Shown: one piece after another, positions 19,745 to 28,683 of the stretch
Layout: the number at the start of each line of letters is the position of its first letter
How positions within the stretch are numbered: position 1 is the stretch's first letter
Assembly: GCA_038204425.1 (NCBI GenBank)
Contig: JBBRCZ010000012.1
Location: forward strand, 1-64,000
Direction: 5' to 3'
Length of the DNA stretch: 64,000 bases
DNA from: Spirochaetia bacterium
GTDB lineage: Bacteria > Spirochaetota > Spirochaetia > DSM-27196 > Salinispiraceae
Notes under the pieces: model-generated
The model's input: the letters and a program-made list of their open reading frames with translations, nothing else
Databases searched by the model: none
What the model was told of the DNA's origin: nothing
Program-made: the position numbers and the translations under genes

Positions 19745-20197
19745 CTAGCTTTCTAAATCGTAAAACTTCAATTCAGTTAACTTAACCGCACCTTCAAGAT
19801 CATGATAAAAAGTAGCCAAAACCTTCTTTGTCTTGCCATTTTGGTTTCCAGTACAGGTCAATCGAATATTTATGCCGGCTACGACTTGTGACTCCACCTT
19901 GGTCATGCTTCGTAGCACAAAGTCGGGGTTCTGCACTAAAAGCAATTCTTGTAGTCTAGTAAAATCCTCTTGAGCTCGATCCCAATCAAGATTTTGCATA
20001 GTCCATCCACCTAACAAAGCGACATTTTCCTGCGACCTTTTTTCCTGTTCGGCCAAATCTGGTTTGATGCCTTCGGCAGAAGACGCTACAGAACTTGAAA
20101 CTTTGGCTTCTTGCTGTTTGCTGGAACACGAAACCAACACAACAATCAATGCCACCATCAAACTAAATCCTACCATACTTGCTAATCTCACGTTCAT
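19745..20197 (-). CDS. Cystatin-like lipoprotein (candidate cysteine protease inhibitor)
   Basis: Lipobox LVSC; LLGGW; helix; ESQVVAGINIRL (QxVxG). Confidence 0.72.
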   Translation of the reverse strand: MNVRLASMVGFSLMVALIVVLVSCSSKQQEAKVSSSVASSAEGIKPDLAEQEKRSQENVALLGGWTMQNLDWDRAQEDFTRLQELLLVQNPDFVLRSMTKVESQVVAGINIRLTCTGNQNGKTKKVLATFYHDLEGAVKLTELKFYDLES

Positions 20198-20307
20198 ACC
20201 TACTCTTTCACTGCTGGCAACTGCACGCCACAAAATACTTGTAGTTCCATTTCACAACTAAGCAGTCAAAATGCCTACTGATTTACTATAGTATACTCAG
20301 GTCAAGT

Positions 20308-20336
20308 TTGCATAAGGACTCTATGCTTGTTATAGT
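20308..20336 (+). promoter_or_regulatory. Sigma70 promoter with extended -10
   Basis: TTGCAT-N17-TATAGT, with TGn before the -10. Confidence 0.65.
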
Positions 20337-20373
20337 CGTCAGGATATTTTCCTGCCGGGTATGAGGAGTTTTT

Positions 20374-20511
20374 ATGCACTTTGGGCTAAAAGGGTTTGGA
20401 AAGACAGACAAAGCCGTGGCCACAACCTTACTAAGGCCCCAAAACTTTGAGATAGCTTGGGTCGTATGCCGCAGTGTACTGGTGGAGCAGTGCAGTGCAG
20501 GGCAAGGATAG
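20374..20511 (+). pseudogene. 45-aa remnant of a Rossmann-fold (DapB-N-like) oxidoreductase gene
   Basis: GAGGAG RBS; MHFGLKGFGKTDKAVATTLLRPQNFEIAWVVCRS..., a degenerate GxGxxG. Confidence 0.55.
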
Positions 20512-20520
20512 GTAAATAAC

Positions 20521-21459
20521 GTGGACCACTTTGTTCAAATACTCAGCCAAGTCTTAGTGCTTTTTTTGCTTTTGCTGGCAGGCTTTGTATGCGTGCGCAG
20601 TAAGGTTTTTAATGATTCTGCCATCAAAGGCATGACCAGTCTTATCATCAAGCTCACTTTGCCCGCCATGATATTGGACTCTATGCTAAAGCAAGATTTT
20701 AGCCCCGCCTTGATGATAGAAAGCGGTCTAATTCTGCTAATTTCTTTTGTAATCTATGCCGTTTTAATTGCTTTGGCGATACCGTTTGGGCATTTCTTTA
20801 AGGCTAACCCACGCGACATCGGCGTGTATCGCTTTGTCTTAGTTTTTAGCAATGTTGGATTTATGGGCTTCCCGGTCGTTCACGCTGTTTTTGGCCCCAG
20901 TGCACTGTTTTACGCCGCTATTTTTAATTTGCCATTCAACCTGCTGGTGTTCACTGCAGGAGTGCTTTTGCTAGTAAAAGGCCATGATCAACAAACTTTC
21001 AAACTCAGCTGGAAGCATCTTTTTAGTCCGGTGATAGTTTCGATTGTACTTGGTTTTGTGTTCTTTTTGAGTCGACTATCACTTCCTAACACGGTACTTA
21101 AGGTCTTGGAACTTTGCGGCTCAATTACTACCCCACTATCGATGATTGTGGTAGGCGGCATGTTGGGAGCGCAGCCTCTGCGCAACGTTTTCTTTAAATG
21201 GCAGCTTTACCTGCTCAGCTTTCTTAGGCTACTCGTCTGGCCACTTGCCGTCTATGCAACTTTACGTCTAATTACCGACAACACCATACTTGCGGCTGTT
21301 CCTGCCATAATTACGGCAATGCCTGCAGCTGCCAATACCGCGCTTTTGGCGCATGAGTACCAGGCCAATGCCAGCTTGGCCAGTCAGGCTGTGTTTATGA
21401 CAACACTTTTGTCTGTTGTCACCATACCGCTTATTGCGGCACTCATAGCACTGTGGTAA
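20521..21459 (+). CDS. AEC (auxin efflux carrier) family transporter
   Basis: LTLPAMI, FSNVGFMGFPV, TPLSMIVVG, AMPAAAN, TTLLSVVTIP. Confidence 0.9.
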   Translation: MDHFVQILSQVLVLFLLLLAGFVCVRSKVFNDSAIKGMTSLIIKLTLPAMILDSMLKQDFSPALMIESGLILLISFVIYAVLIALAIPFGHFFKANPRDIGVYRFVLVFSNVGFMGFPVVHAVFGPSALFYAAIFNLPFNLLVFTAGVLLLVKGHDQQTFKLSWKHLFSPVIVSIVLGFVFFLSRLSLPNTVLKVLELCGSITTPLSMIVVGGMLGAQPLRNVFFKWQLYLLSFLRLLVWPLAVYATLRLITDNTILAAVPAIITAMPAAANTALLAHEYQANASLASQAVFMTTLLSVVTIPLIAALIALW

Positions 21460-23581
21460 TTGGGATTATAGGGACAGTCTTTTCAGAGTATCCTAGACTA
21501 TTGTAAGAATACATTTTGTAGAGTTGCGGTGACGTTATGTTGCAAAAAGACAATATAGTGCGATTAACTTGGGTACTAAACTCGTTTCGCCAGACGTAGA
21601 CGCCATCCCACTCGTTATCCAAGACCACGCCATCGGCAATTGGGTCGTTCTCCCATTCGATCAAGACATGAGTTTTGGAAATAAAGCGAGCGCTAATAAT
21701 GCGCGGCGGCTGCGGAAGCATAGTCGCTTGCCGAGGAATGGTTAGGTTGTGATCCCACCCGCACCAAGCAAAGAACTCACGAGCCTTGTCGACCATGCCG
21801 CTATCAAATTTTTTGAACGGCAGATTAAGATTCTGACCATGCAGTGGACTGTTGGCCGCCAAACTAAAGTCGAGACCAGCTGGATCACTTAAACGTGGGT
21901 CAACCCAAGTTGGGACTTCTTCGCTGTAAGGATTGTGATAGTCTTGCTTTCCTTTTTGCCACTCAACAAAATTACAAGCCACAAATTCCCGCTTGCCATT
22001 TAAGTAGTAGAAGTTCTTGTCCTGATGAGGGTGATAGAAAATATTGTGTTTGCCATGGTAATTATAGTCACGGTGATTGTTGTTATTTGCAGGCAAGAAG
22101 TTTCTGTCGCCTAAGAGATAGGTATGATAGTTGCCCGATGCAAAAAGATTGCTTTCAAAAGAATGGTACTTTGTTTCAATTTTCTGTCTAGTTGCATGCT
22201 CATCCTCACGTAGAAACCAAATTACTTCTGCCAAGGTTGCATAACTGTTGTTATAGAATAGACAGTTCTGAACCCTAGCTGCGCCTACGATAGAAGTATA
22301 GAAGCAATAATGTTTGGCAAAAACTGAGACGGTTCTATCGATTAAATAAGGACCGTTGGCCAGTTCTATAAAAATATTGCGCGTATTCCAAGCAGAAAAA
22401 GAATCACGCACAATGATGTTGCAACAATGTATATCAAACCAGAGACCCGGACAGGTATTGCCAACGCAACGCGAGTTTCGGTAGAGAAGGTCGTTGGTTT
22501 CGTGGATTTTAGCTCCAGCGGTGTACCAGTCTATCTGGCCACCCCAGAAAACCTTCCAACAGTTAAAGTTGGTTTCTATATTGTCAAGAATCACGTCACT
22601 ACAGGCGTTCATGCCAATCCCAGACGCGCCATTGTAGTTGAAACAGCTATCCTTAACGGTGAGTTTCTCTACGTTGCGAAAATGTATGCCGTATCCTGAG
22701 TTCCACAAAAAATCACAAGCGTCAACTAAGAAATTTTGATGTTTGCTTCCAAAAATGATGATGCCAGTATTAGTGTCGTCCGTTGAATTAGCGTAGTGCT
22801 TAAAAACAAGGTTTCGTAAAATCATATTGTTCTTTTCGCCAACAATGGTCAAAAATGACTTTCGAACACTGACTTCTATATATGCATTTTCAAAATCAAG
22901 CCCTCGCATTGGATTGATGTAAATCTTCTTACCATTGCGAAACTTTTCCGCAACCCCAAAGGTCCCCTCGTCGAGTGCGGCTTGCGGCTTGGTAAAATGA
23001 CTATAGTGCCATTCGTTGGGCACAAAGTCTTTTGGTGTAGACAAATTATCAAGCGCATTGAGTCTATAGTCGTAGTTCTCTAAAATCTTCTGGCGAAGCG
23101 GTTTGCCGTTTACAAAAACTTGTTCACTGCGATGGGAGACAAGCGTGTGGCCCTCCCAAAAATAGGCAAAGTTGCCAAAACTGTGCTTCCAGCTATGCTT
23201 CCTGATACCATCCACACTGGGCTTCCATTCTTTTGCGGCAAACTCGTCAGAACCGCTGATGACTACCTTACCCTTACCTGCACCTTCAATCACTAAGAGA
23301 GCTTGAGCTCCTTGGGTATTTGGCCTTAGCGTAATGGCATCTTCGCGGTAAACGCCCTCTGCAATTAACACCTTAACTGAGCGTCCTTGGTTAATCAAAG
23401 TATCTGCCTGCGCCAAAGCGGCCTTGATATTGGCAAATGGGCTTTGTTTGCTGCCATCAGCCGACAAGCTGCTTATACGTGCGTTTACGTGCAGGATATG
23501 GTCAAACTCTTCGAGAATGGTTGCGCCGTTGATGCGCGACTCGTCAGTACTTTCCAAAACGGGAAATTCTTTGCCTGTCAT
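21443..23581 (-). CDS. Right-handed parallel beta-helix (pectin lyase-like fold) protein
   Basis: DGSKQSPF, GVYRE, VISGS, EQVFVNG, GLWFDI, Asn-rich repeats; ATG 23581 after GGAG. Confidence 0.75.
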   Translation of the reverse strand: MTGKEFPVLESTDESRINGATILEEFDHILHVNARISSLSADGSKQSPFANIKAALAQADTLINQGRSVKVLIAEGVYREDAITLRPNTQGAQALLVIEGAGKGKVVISGSDEFAAKEWKPSVDGIRKHSWKHSFGNFAYFWEGHTLVSHRSEQVFVNGKPLRQKILENYDYRLNALDNLSTPKDFVPNEWHYSHFTKPQAALDEGTFGVAEKFRNGKKIYINPMRGLDFENAYIEVSVRKSFLTIVGEKNNMILRNLVFKHYANSTDDTNTGIIIFGSKHQNFLVDACDFLWNSGYGIHFRNVEKLTVKDSCFNYNGASGIGMNACSDVILDNIETNFNCWKVFWGGQIDWYTAGAKIHETNDLLYRNSRCVGNTCPGLWFDIHCCNIIVRDSFSAWNTRNIFIELANGPYLIDRTVSVFAKHYCFYTSIVGAARVQNCLFYNNSYATLAEVIWFLREDEHATRQKIETKYHSFESNLFASGNYHTYLLGDRNFLPANNNNHRDYNYHGKHNIFYHPHQDKNFYYLNGKREFVACNFVEWQKGKQDYHNPYSEEVPTWVDPRLSDPAGLDFSLAANSPLHGQNLNLPFKKFDSGMVDKAREFFAWCGWDHNLTIPRQATMLPQPPRIISARFISKTHVLIEWENDPIADGVVLDNEWDGVYVWRNEFSTQVNRTILSFCNITSPQLYKMYSYNSLGYSEKTVPIIPITTVL

Positions 23582-23659
23582 CTGGTACTCCGTCTCCACA
23601 ACTTAAAAAAACCTTAATAGCCAGAAATGTAGTGGGTTTTGATGGTCTTAGCAAGAGAC

Positions 23660-23693
23660 AAAAAAAGGGCCAAGGCTGATCGCCTTGACCCTC
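23660..23693 (-). terminator. Intrinsic terminator of amtB-glnK
   Basis: Minus strand AGGGTCAAGGC-gatca-GCCTTGGCCCT followed by a T-tract. Confidence 0.8.
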
Positions 23694-23720
23694 AAACTAT
23701 AACTAATTGCGGTTGATACT

Positions 23721-24062
23721 TTAGCCAATGGCTTCTTTACCTCGTTCTCCAGTTCTAATTCGTACACATTCCTTTAGGTCAGAAACCCAAATCTTGCCAT
23801 CGCCAATTTTTCCAGAGCGCGCGCCCTTGATAATGGCCTCAATGGCGGGCTCAACAAATTCCTCGTTGAGCGCGATTTCAATTCTAACTTTTTTGATGAG
23901 GTTAATTTCTTCCACACCACCGCGATAATTCTCGGTGTAGCCCATCTGTTGTCCAGCGCCAATCACATTGGAGACTGTCATTTTACCAATCTTTGCCTCA
24001 AAAAGTGCCTGTTTTACATCGGTCAACTTTTCGGGCTGAATTACAGCAACTACCAGTTTCAT
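23721..24062 (-). CDS. glnK: P-II nitrogen regulator
   Basis: YRG T-loop, [21 protein letters not shown]; adjacent to amt. Confidence 0.95.
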   Translation of the reverse strand: MKLVVAVIQPEKLTDVKQALFEAKIGKMTVSNVIGAGQQMGYTENYRGGVEEINLIKKVRIEIALNEEFVEPAIEAIIKGARSGKIGDGKIWVSDLKECVRIRTGERGKEAIG

Positions 24063-24072
24063 GTTTTGCTCC

Positions 24073-25461
24073 TTATTTGGTCAGAAAGCCTTGGAAGTCT
24101 GGGTAAGCTTCTATGCCGTGCTCCCCAACGTCCAGACCAGCAATTTCTTCTTCTTTGGATACCCTGACACCAACGGTAACCTTGATGATTAACCATACTA
24201 TCAACGATGTAAGGAAGGTAAATCCGCCAACCGCCAATACGCCGATTGTTTGATTACCCAACAATGTCGCACCACCACCAGAGAAGAGTCCATTGCCAGT
24301 TGCTGCTCCAGTGATACCGTCAACAGCAAAGAGTCCAACAGCCAAGGTTCCCCAGATACCGTTGATCAAGTGAACCGAAAGCGCTCCGACTGGATCATCG
24401 AGTCTAAGTACATCAAACATCCAGACCGACAGAACTACCAATATACCGGCAACAAAGCCGATGATCAGCGAAGATTCTATCGTTACAAAAGCACAACCTG
24501 CGGTAATGGCTACCAGACCAGCCAAGGCACCGTTAATAATCATGGTAAGGTCCGGCTTCTTCTGGAAGATCCACGACATGATAGTAGCCGATACAATTGC
24601 GGCTGCAGCTGCCATGTTGGTAGTTACGGCGATGTGAGCAATAGCGCTACCATCACCTACAGCCATGGTTGAGCCTGGGTTAAATCCAAACCAGCCAAAC
24701 CACAGTACCAGACCTCCCAATGTTGCCAGTGGCAAGTTGTGCCCTGGTATTGGCTTTACTTTTCCGTTTTTGTACTTGCCCAAACGTGGCCCAAGCACAA
24801 TTACGCCAGCCAAAGCGGCCCAACCACCGACACTATGGACTACTGTTGAACCAGCAAAGTCCCAGAAACCAAGGCTTGCCAACCAACCGCCGCCCCATAT
24901 CCAATGACCAGTAACGGGATAGAGTAGACCTACCAAAATTACGGAGAAGATTATAAACGCGATAAACTTAACACGTTCAGCAACTGCACCCGAAACTATG
25001 GTGGCCGCTGTACCTGCAAATACTAACTGGAAGAAGAACTTGGCCCAAAGAGGAACCTGTGTCCAGCTGAGCGAACTGTAGGCGGCCGGGTCACTGGCAG
25101 CGGAAACGAAGAAGATACCTTCTGTACCCACCACCACGTTGCCGTTTCCAAACATCAAACCAAAGCCCAAGACCCAGAATGCAATGGAAGCCAAAGCAAA
25201 GACCACAAAGTTCTTTGCCAAAATGTTGACCGTGTTTTTGGCTCGAGCCAAACCCGATTCCACCATGGCAAAGCCCATGTTCATAAAGAACACCAAAAAT
25301 CCCGCCATCATTACCCACACGGTATCAAGTCCCAAAGAAATGAGATTGATTTTTTGAACTATTTCATCGGTGCTTGTCGCTACTGCATCTTGTGCAAACA
25401 GCGGTGCGCCCACACAAAGAAGGAGCAAGACCAGCAATCCAAACAGTACTCCCTTTTTCAT
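24073..25461 (-). CDS. amtB: Ammonium transporter
   Basis: [45 protein letters not shown] (twin His intact). Confidence 0.97.
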   Translation of the reverse strand: MKKGVLFGLLVLLLLCVGAPLFAQDAVATSTDEIVQKINLISLGLDTVWVMMAGFLVFFMNMGFAMVESGLARAKNTVNILAKNFVVFALASIAFWVLGFGLMFGNGNVVVGTEGIFFVSAASDPAAYSSLSWTQVPLWAKFFFQLVFAGTAATIVSGAVAERVKFIAFIIFSVILVGLLYPVTGHWIWGGGWLASLGFWDFAGSTVVHSVGGWAALAGVIVLGPRLGKYKNGKVKPIPGHNLPLATLGGLVLWFGWFGFNPGSTMAVGDGSAIAHIAVTTNMAAAAAIVSATIMSWIFQKKPDLTMIINGALAGLVAITAGCAFVTIESSLIIGFVAGILVVLSVWMFDVLRLDDPVGALSVHLINGIWGTLAVGLFAVDGITGAATGNGLFSGGGATLLGNQTIGVLAVGGFTFLTSLIVWLIIKVTVGVRVSKEEEIAGLDVGEHGIEAYPDFQGFLTK

Positions 25462-25499
25462 TTTACGTTCCCCCTTATTGAAAACACTACCTAGAACTA

Positions 25500-25516
25500 A
25501 GCAATTACCGTGCCAA
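25500..25516 (-). promoter_or_regulatory. Sigma54 (-24/-12) promoter of amtB-glnK
   Basis: Minus strand TTGGCACGGTAATTGCT matches TGGCAC-N5-TTGC. Confidence 0.85.
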
Positions 25517-25524
25517 AAACGGAA

Positions 25525-25551
25525 AAGATCGAAAAATATTTTTTCGATCTT
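25525..25551. promoter_or_regulatory. Perfect 12-bp inverted repeat beside the sigma54 promoter
   Basis: AAGATCGAAAAA-tat-TTTTTCGATCTT. Confidence 0.5.
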
Positions 25552-25874
25552 CTTTTGAATAGACTTAGTTCTCCGCTTATGTGCTTTCCGATAAGCTACT
25601 TAACTCTAAGCGAGGACTACTCTATTTAACTTAGGTCAGATGTCAATTGACAAGATACCGACAAAATTTTCCTACATCTACGAAACAATGCACCCGAGTT
25701 CCGACGAAAACACCAGCTTTATCATACGAAAAGGTAGGTTTTTTCGACTCAAAATACCAATATGTAGCAATATGGTTTGCTGCTTGTCAAAGCTTGTCAG
25801 CTGCAGTAAATTGCTATTTGCAATTCGCAAAGTTTAATTGCTTGCAAACTCTGCTGTTTCCAAGGAGACTCACC

Positions 25875-26639
25875 ATGGTATTTTTAATCGTATTGGGTTC
25901 GATTGCGGTATTATGCATCGCAATCTACTTTATTGAACCATTTATTTTTGCTTTGCTATTCTCTGGGATTATCTCGCTCTTTGTTAGAAACCCGCCTTAT
26001 ATTGCAAACATTGACGAGCAGTTTCCGGGCGCAAAATTGTTGCGAGACAATTTTGATACTATTAGAGCCGAACTCGATCACATACTGCTAAACAAAGGCG
26101 CTATCCCAAAATTTCACGAAGTTGACAAACTGCAAAGTATCATTTCTGATAAAGACAAAGTTGCATGGAGAACGTTTGTTATCAAAGGTTTTGGGAAATG
26201 GGTAGACAACAACTGCTCTCAAGTGCCCAAAACAACTGAGTTGCTGAGACAACTTCCACAAGTTTCAACTGCTATTTTTTCGATAATTGACGGCGGCAAG
26301 CACATTCCACCACACATTGGCTTTTTTAAGAGCGTGTTACGCTATCACCTCGCCATGATCATACCAAGTGATGCGCCAGTTTACCTAATTGTTGATGGAA
26401 AAGAGTATCATTGGAAAGAAGGACAAGACGTTCTCTTTGACGATACTTTTAAACATGAGGTTTGGAACAAGTCAACAGGAACAAGAACCGTGCTGTTTCT
26501 TGACGTTCTTCGCGAGAAGGGCTTTCCTAAGTTCTTTACCGCCATCAATCGCTGGATGTTTGGAGTTTTGACAAGCTCTAGAAAATTGCTCAAAGCTGCT
26601 CGCAATGCAGAAGTTGCAAAAGACATAAACAATAACTAG
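25875..26639 (+). CDS. Aspartyl/asparaginyl beta-hydroxylase-domain (LpxO-like) Fe/2OG oxygenase with an N-terminal membrane anchor
   Basis: IPPHIG, LRYHLAMIIP, WKEG, FDDTFKHEVWN, RTVLFLD; ATG 25875 after AGGAG. Confidence 0.85.
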   Translation: MVFLIVLGSIAVLCIAIYFIEPFIFALLFSGIISLFVRNPPYIANIDEQFPGAKLLRDNFDTIRAELDHILLNKGAIPKFHEVDKLQSIISDKDKVAWRTFVIKGFGKWVDNNCSQVPKTTELLRQLPQVSTAIFSIIDGGKHIPPHIGFFKSVLRYHLAMIIPSDAPVYLIVDGKEYHWKEGQDVLFDDTFKHEVWNKSTGTRTVLFLDVLREKGFPKFFTAINRWMFGVLTSSRKLLKAARNAEVAKDINNN

Positions 26640-26722
26640 TTTTTATTGTTGCTCTTCACTAAAAGCTGACAAAGACACTCTGATTTAACACAAGGGCGCC
26701 AAAAAAGTATTAGAATCGAAGT

Positions 26723-27811
26723 ATGCTGTGGTTAAATCGACAAGTTGTACTTCGATCTTTTTTGTTTCTATTTGGAATTGTAACTTTTTTGTCACCTGTG
26801 GTGCTTTTTTCGCAGGAAATTGACAGGTCACTTTTTATGGGGCCTTTTGCGAGTGGCAATAGTTATCCTTTATTTCTGACATTTATTAACCCCAATCCCG
26901 AAACAGCGAGTACGCAAAAAGCTGGCACTTTAAGCATTTCCCTGCTAGAAACCTATGCAAACAGTGGTTACCGTAACTTTGAGCCATCAGAACGGCAGTA
27001 CGGCCCGTCAAATTTAGCTCTCGACGTCGACTATGAAGCGCTAAGCAACTTGCTACGAGTAAGATACAGCCCAATTGATAGACTTGATTTCTTTAGCGAA
27101 GTTTCTTTGTTATACTACCACTCCGGCTACTTTGATCCGGCGATACAGGCTTTTCACAAATTTTTTGGGTTTTCTAACGGATCCCGGGATCTTTTTCCGG
27201 ACAATGTACTTTTGATAAGAGCCAGAACCAAGGGCAGTACGTGGTTCGAGTACACTAACGCCGTGACGACGGTTCCGTGGATTCAATTGGGCGTCAAGTA
27301 CGAACTGTTGCCACCGACCGTAGATGGAACAGCATTCTCAATCTCTACAATCGCCAAGATTCCGCTTTCAACTATCAGCAATCCTTTTGAATCCAAGTCT
27401 TTAGACTGGGCCTTAATGGCCAACATTGACCAAGTTCTTGGTCCAGTCAAATTGAGCGGAAATTTGGGACTTGCCATCGTCGGGCCCAGCGACTTTGTTC
27501 CTGCAGAATATGTAAGCTCACTAATTATACCCTTTGCCTTTAATTTTGAATGGCTATTGGGCAATGACTTTGCTTTGGTGTTTACTGTGGATGCGACATC
27601 TAGCCCCTTTGCCACAGGCCATCCAAAGTTGGACAGGCTTGGGTCCGGTTTTATGCTCGGCGTAAAGGCCAGGCTCGCTACTAATTTAGTTATGGAGCTT
27701 GGCTTTCAAGAAGAGTTTATAACGTTTAATGCGCCCGACATTGGCGCATTCATTGGCTTTGAACTAAAAATTCCACTTGTGAGCCCCCAACTAGACTATG
27801 AAACTAAATGA
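26723..27811 (+). CDS. Exported beta-strand-rich protein, DUF3187-like (probable outer-membrane barrel)
   Basis: Signal peptide; GYFDPAIQAFHKFFGFSNGSR, FQEE, APDI. Confidence 0.65.
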   Translation: MLWLNRQVVLRSFLFLFGIVTFLSPVVLFSQEIDRSLFMGPFASGNSYPLFLTFINPNPETASTQKAGTLSISLLETYANSGYRNFEPSERQYGPSNLALDVDYEALSNLLRVRYSPIDRLDFFSEVSLLYYHSGYFDPAIQAFHKFFGFSNGSRDLFPDNVLLIRARTKGSTWFEYTNAVTTVPWIQLGVKYELLPPTVDGTAFSISTIAKIPLSTISNPFESKSLDWALMANIDQVLGPVKLSGNLGLAIVGPSDFVPAEYVSSLIIPFAFNFEWLLGNDFALVFTVDATSSPFATGHPKLDRLGSGFMLGVKARLATNLVMELGFQEEFITFNAPDIGAFIGFELKIPLVSPQLDYETK

Positions 27812-27817
27812 GAGACT

Positions 27818-28681
27818 ATGCCAGAATTACCGGAAGTAGAAACTTTTGTCAGAGCTTTGCGCCAAGGTCGCAACCTGGGCAGCGAGAACGAGTACTTCCC
27901 TAGTCTTCAGGGCCAAACCATTGTTGACTTATGGAGCGACTACCCAAAAACCCTAGCACCAAACCAAGAGTTGTTCCAAACAAACGTGGTCGGCCGACAA
28001 ATAAAAGAGATAACACGACGTGGCAAGTATATTGTCTTTGTTTTAGACAAAGGACTCTTTCATATCCACCTTAGGATGAGTGGCCGACTCTCCGTTTCCA
28101 AACTAAGCAGCCCAAGACCCAAGCACGTCCATGTCTGCATTATGCTTAGTTCTGGCTACTGCATTCTTTTTGACGATGCAAGAAAGTTTGGTCGCTGTAC
28201 TTGGTCAGAAGACCAAGCCGCTCTCAATGAGAAACTCGGCATTGAACCATTTGATGGTTTGTTTGACGGCGTCTGGCTGATGCAGCACTTAAAAAAAACT
28301 AAGCGCGCAATCAAAGCGGCACTGCTTGATCAAAGCATTATAGCCGGCATCGGCAATATTTACGCCGACGAAGCATTATGGCGTGCTAGAATTAATCCCC
28401 TCCACCAAGCATCGTCCTTGAGCTTTGAGCAGTGCTCAGCCTTGCAAGAGTCGATAGTACAGGCCCTAAGTGACGGTATCAAACACGGCGGCGCCGCAAT
28501 TGACTGGGTCTATCCAGGCGGAAAATTTCAGGACCAGTTTACAGTCTATGGGCGCACTGGTCAGGCGTGCAAACGTTGCAATGGAGCTATCGTGCGCACG
28601 GTCGTGGCACAGCGCGGCACCCATTTTTGCCCCAACTGCCAGCCCCAATCAACTAGCACAATCGTGACTACGCTAAGCTGA
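27818..28681 (+). CDS. mutM: Formamidopyrimidine-DNA glycosylase
   Basis: PELPEVE, RRGKY, HLRMSG, LLDQ..AGIGNIYADE, C-terminal CxxC..CxxC zinc finger. Confidence 0.95.
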   Translation: MPELPEVETFVRALRQGRNLGSENEYFPSLQGQTIVDLWSDYPKTLAPNQELFQTNVVGRQIKEITRRGKYIVFVLDKGLFHIHLRMSGRLSVSKLSSPRPKHVHVCIMLSSGYCILFDDARKFGRCTWSEDQAALNEKLGIEPFDGLFDGVWLMQHLKKTKRAIKAALLDQSIIAGIGNIYADEALWRARINPLHQASSLSFEQCSALQESIVQALSDGIKHGGAAIDWVYPGGKFQDQFTVYGRTGQACKRCNGAIVRTVVAQRGTHFCPNCQPQSTSTIVTTLS

Positions 28682-28683
28682 GC

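Noticed and set aside
20341..20520. Possible c-di-GMP-I riboswitch or 6S-like RNA in the long AEC leader
   Set aside because: Only scattered motif fragments and no convincing P1/P2 pairing; an RBS-led oxidoreductase remnant explains the region better
25641..25652. GlnR/TnrA box
   Set aside because: The TGTCA/TGACA arms are 2 nt apart rather than 7
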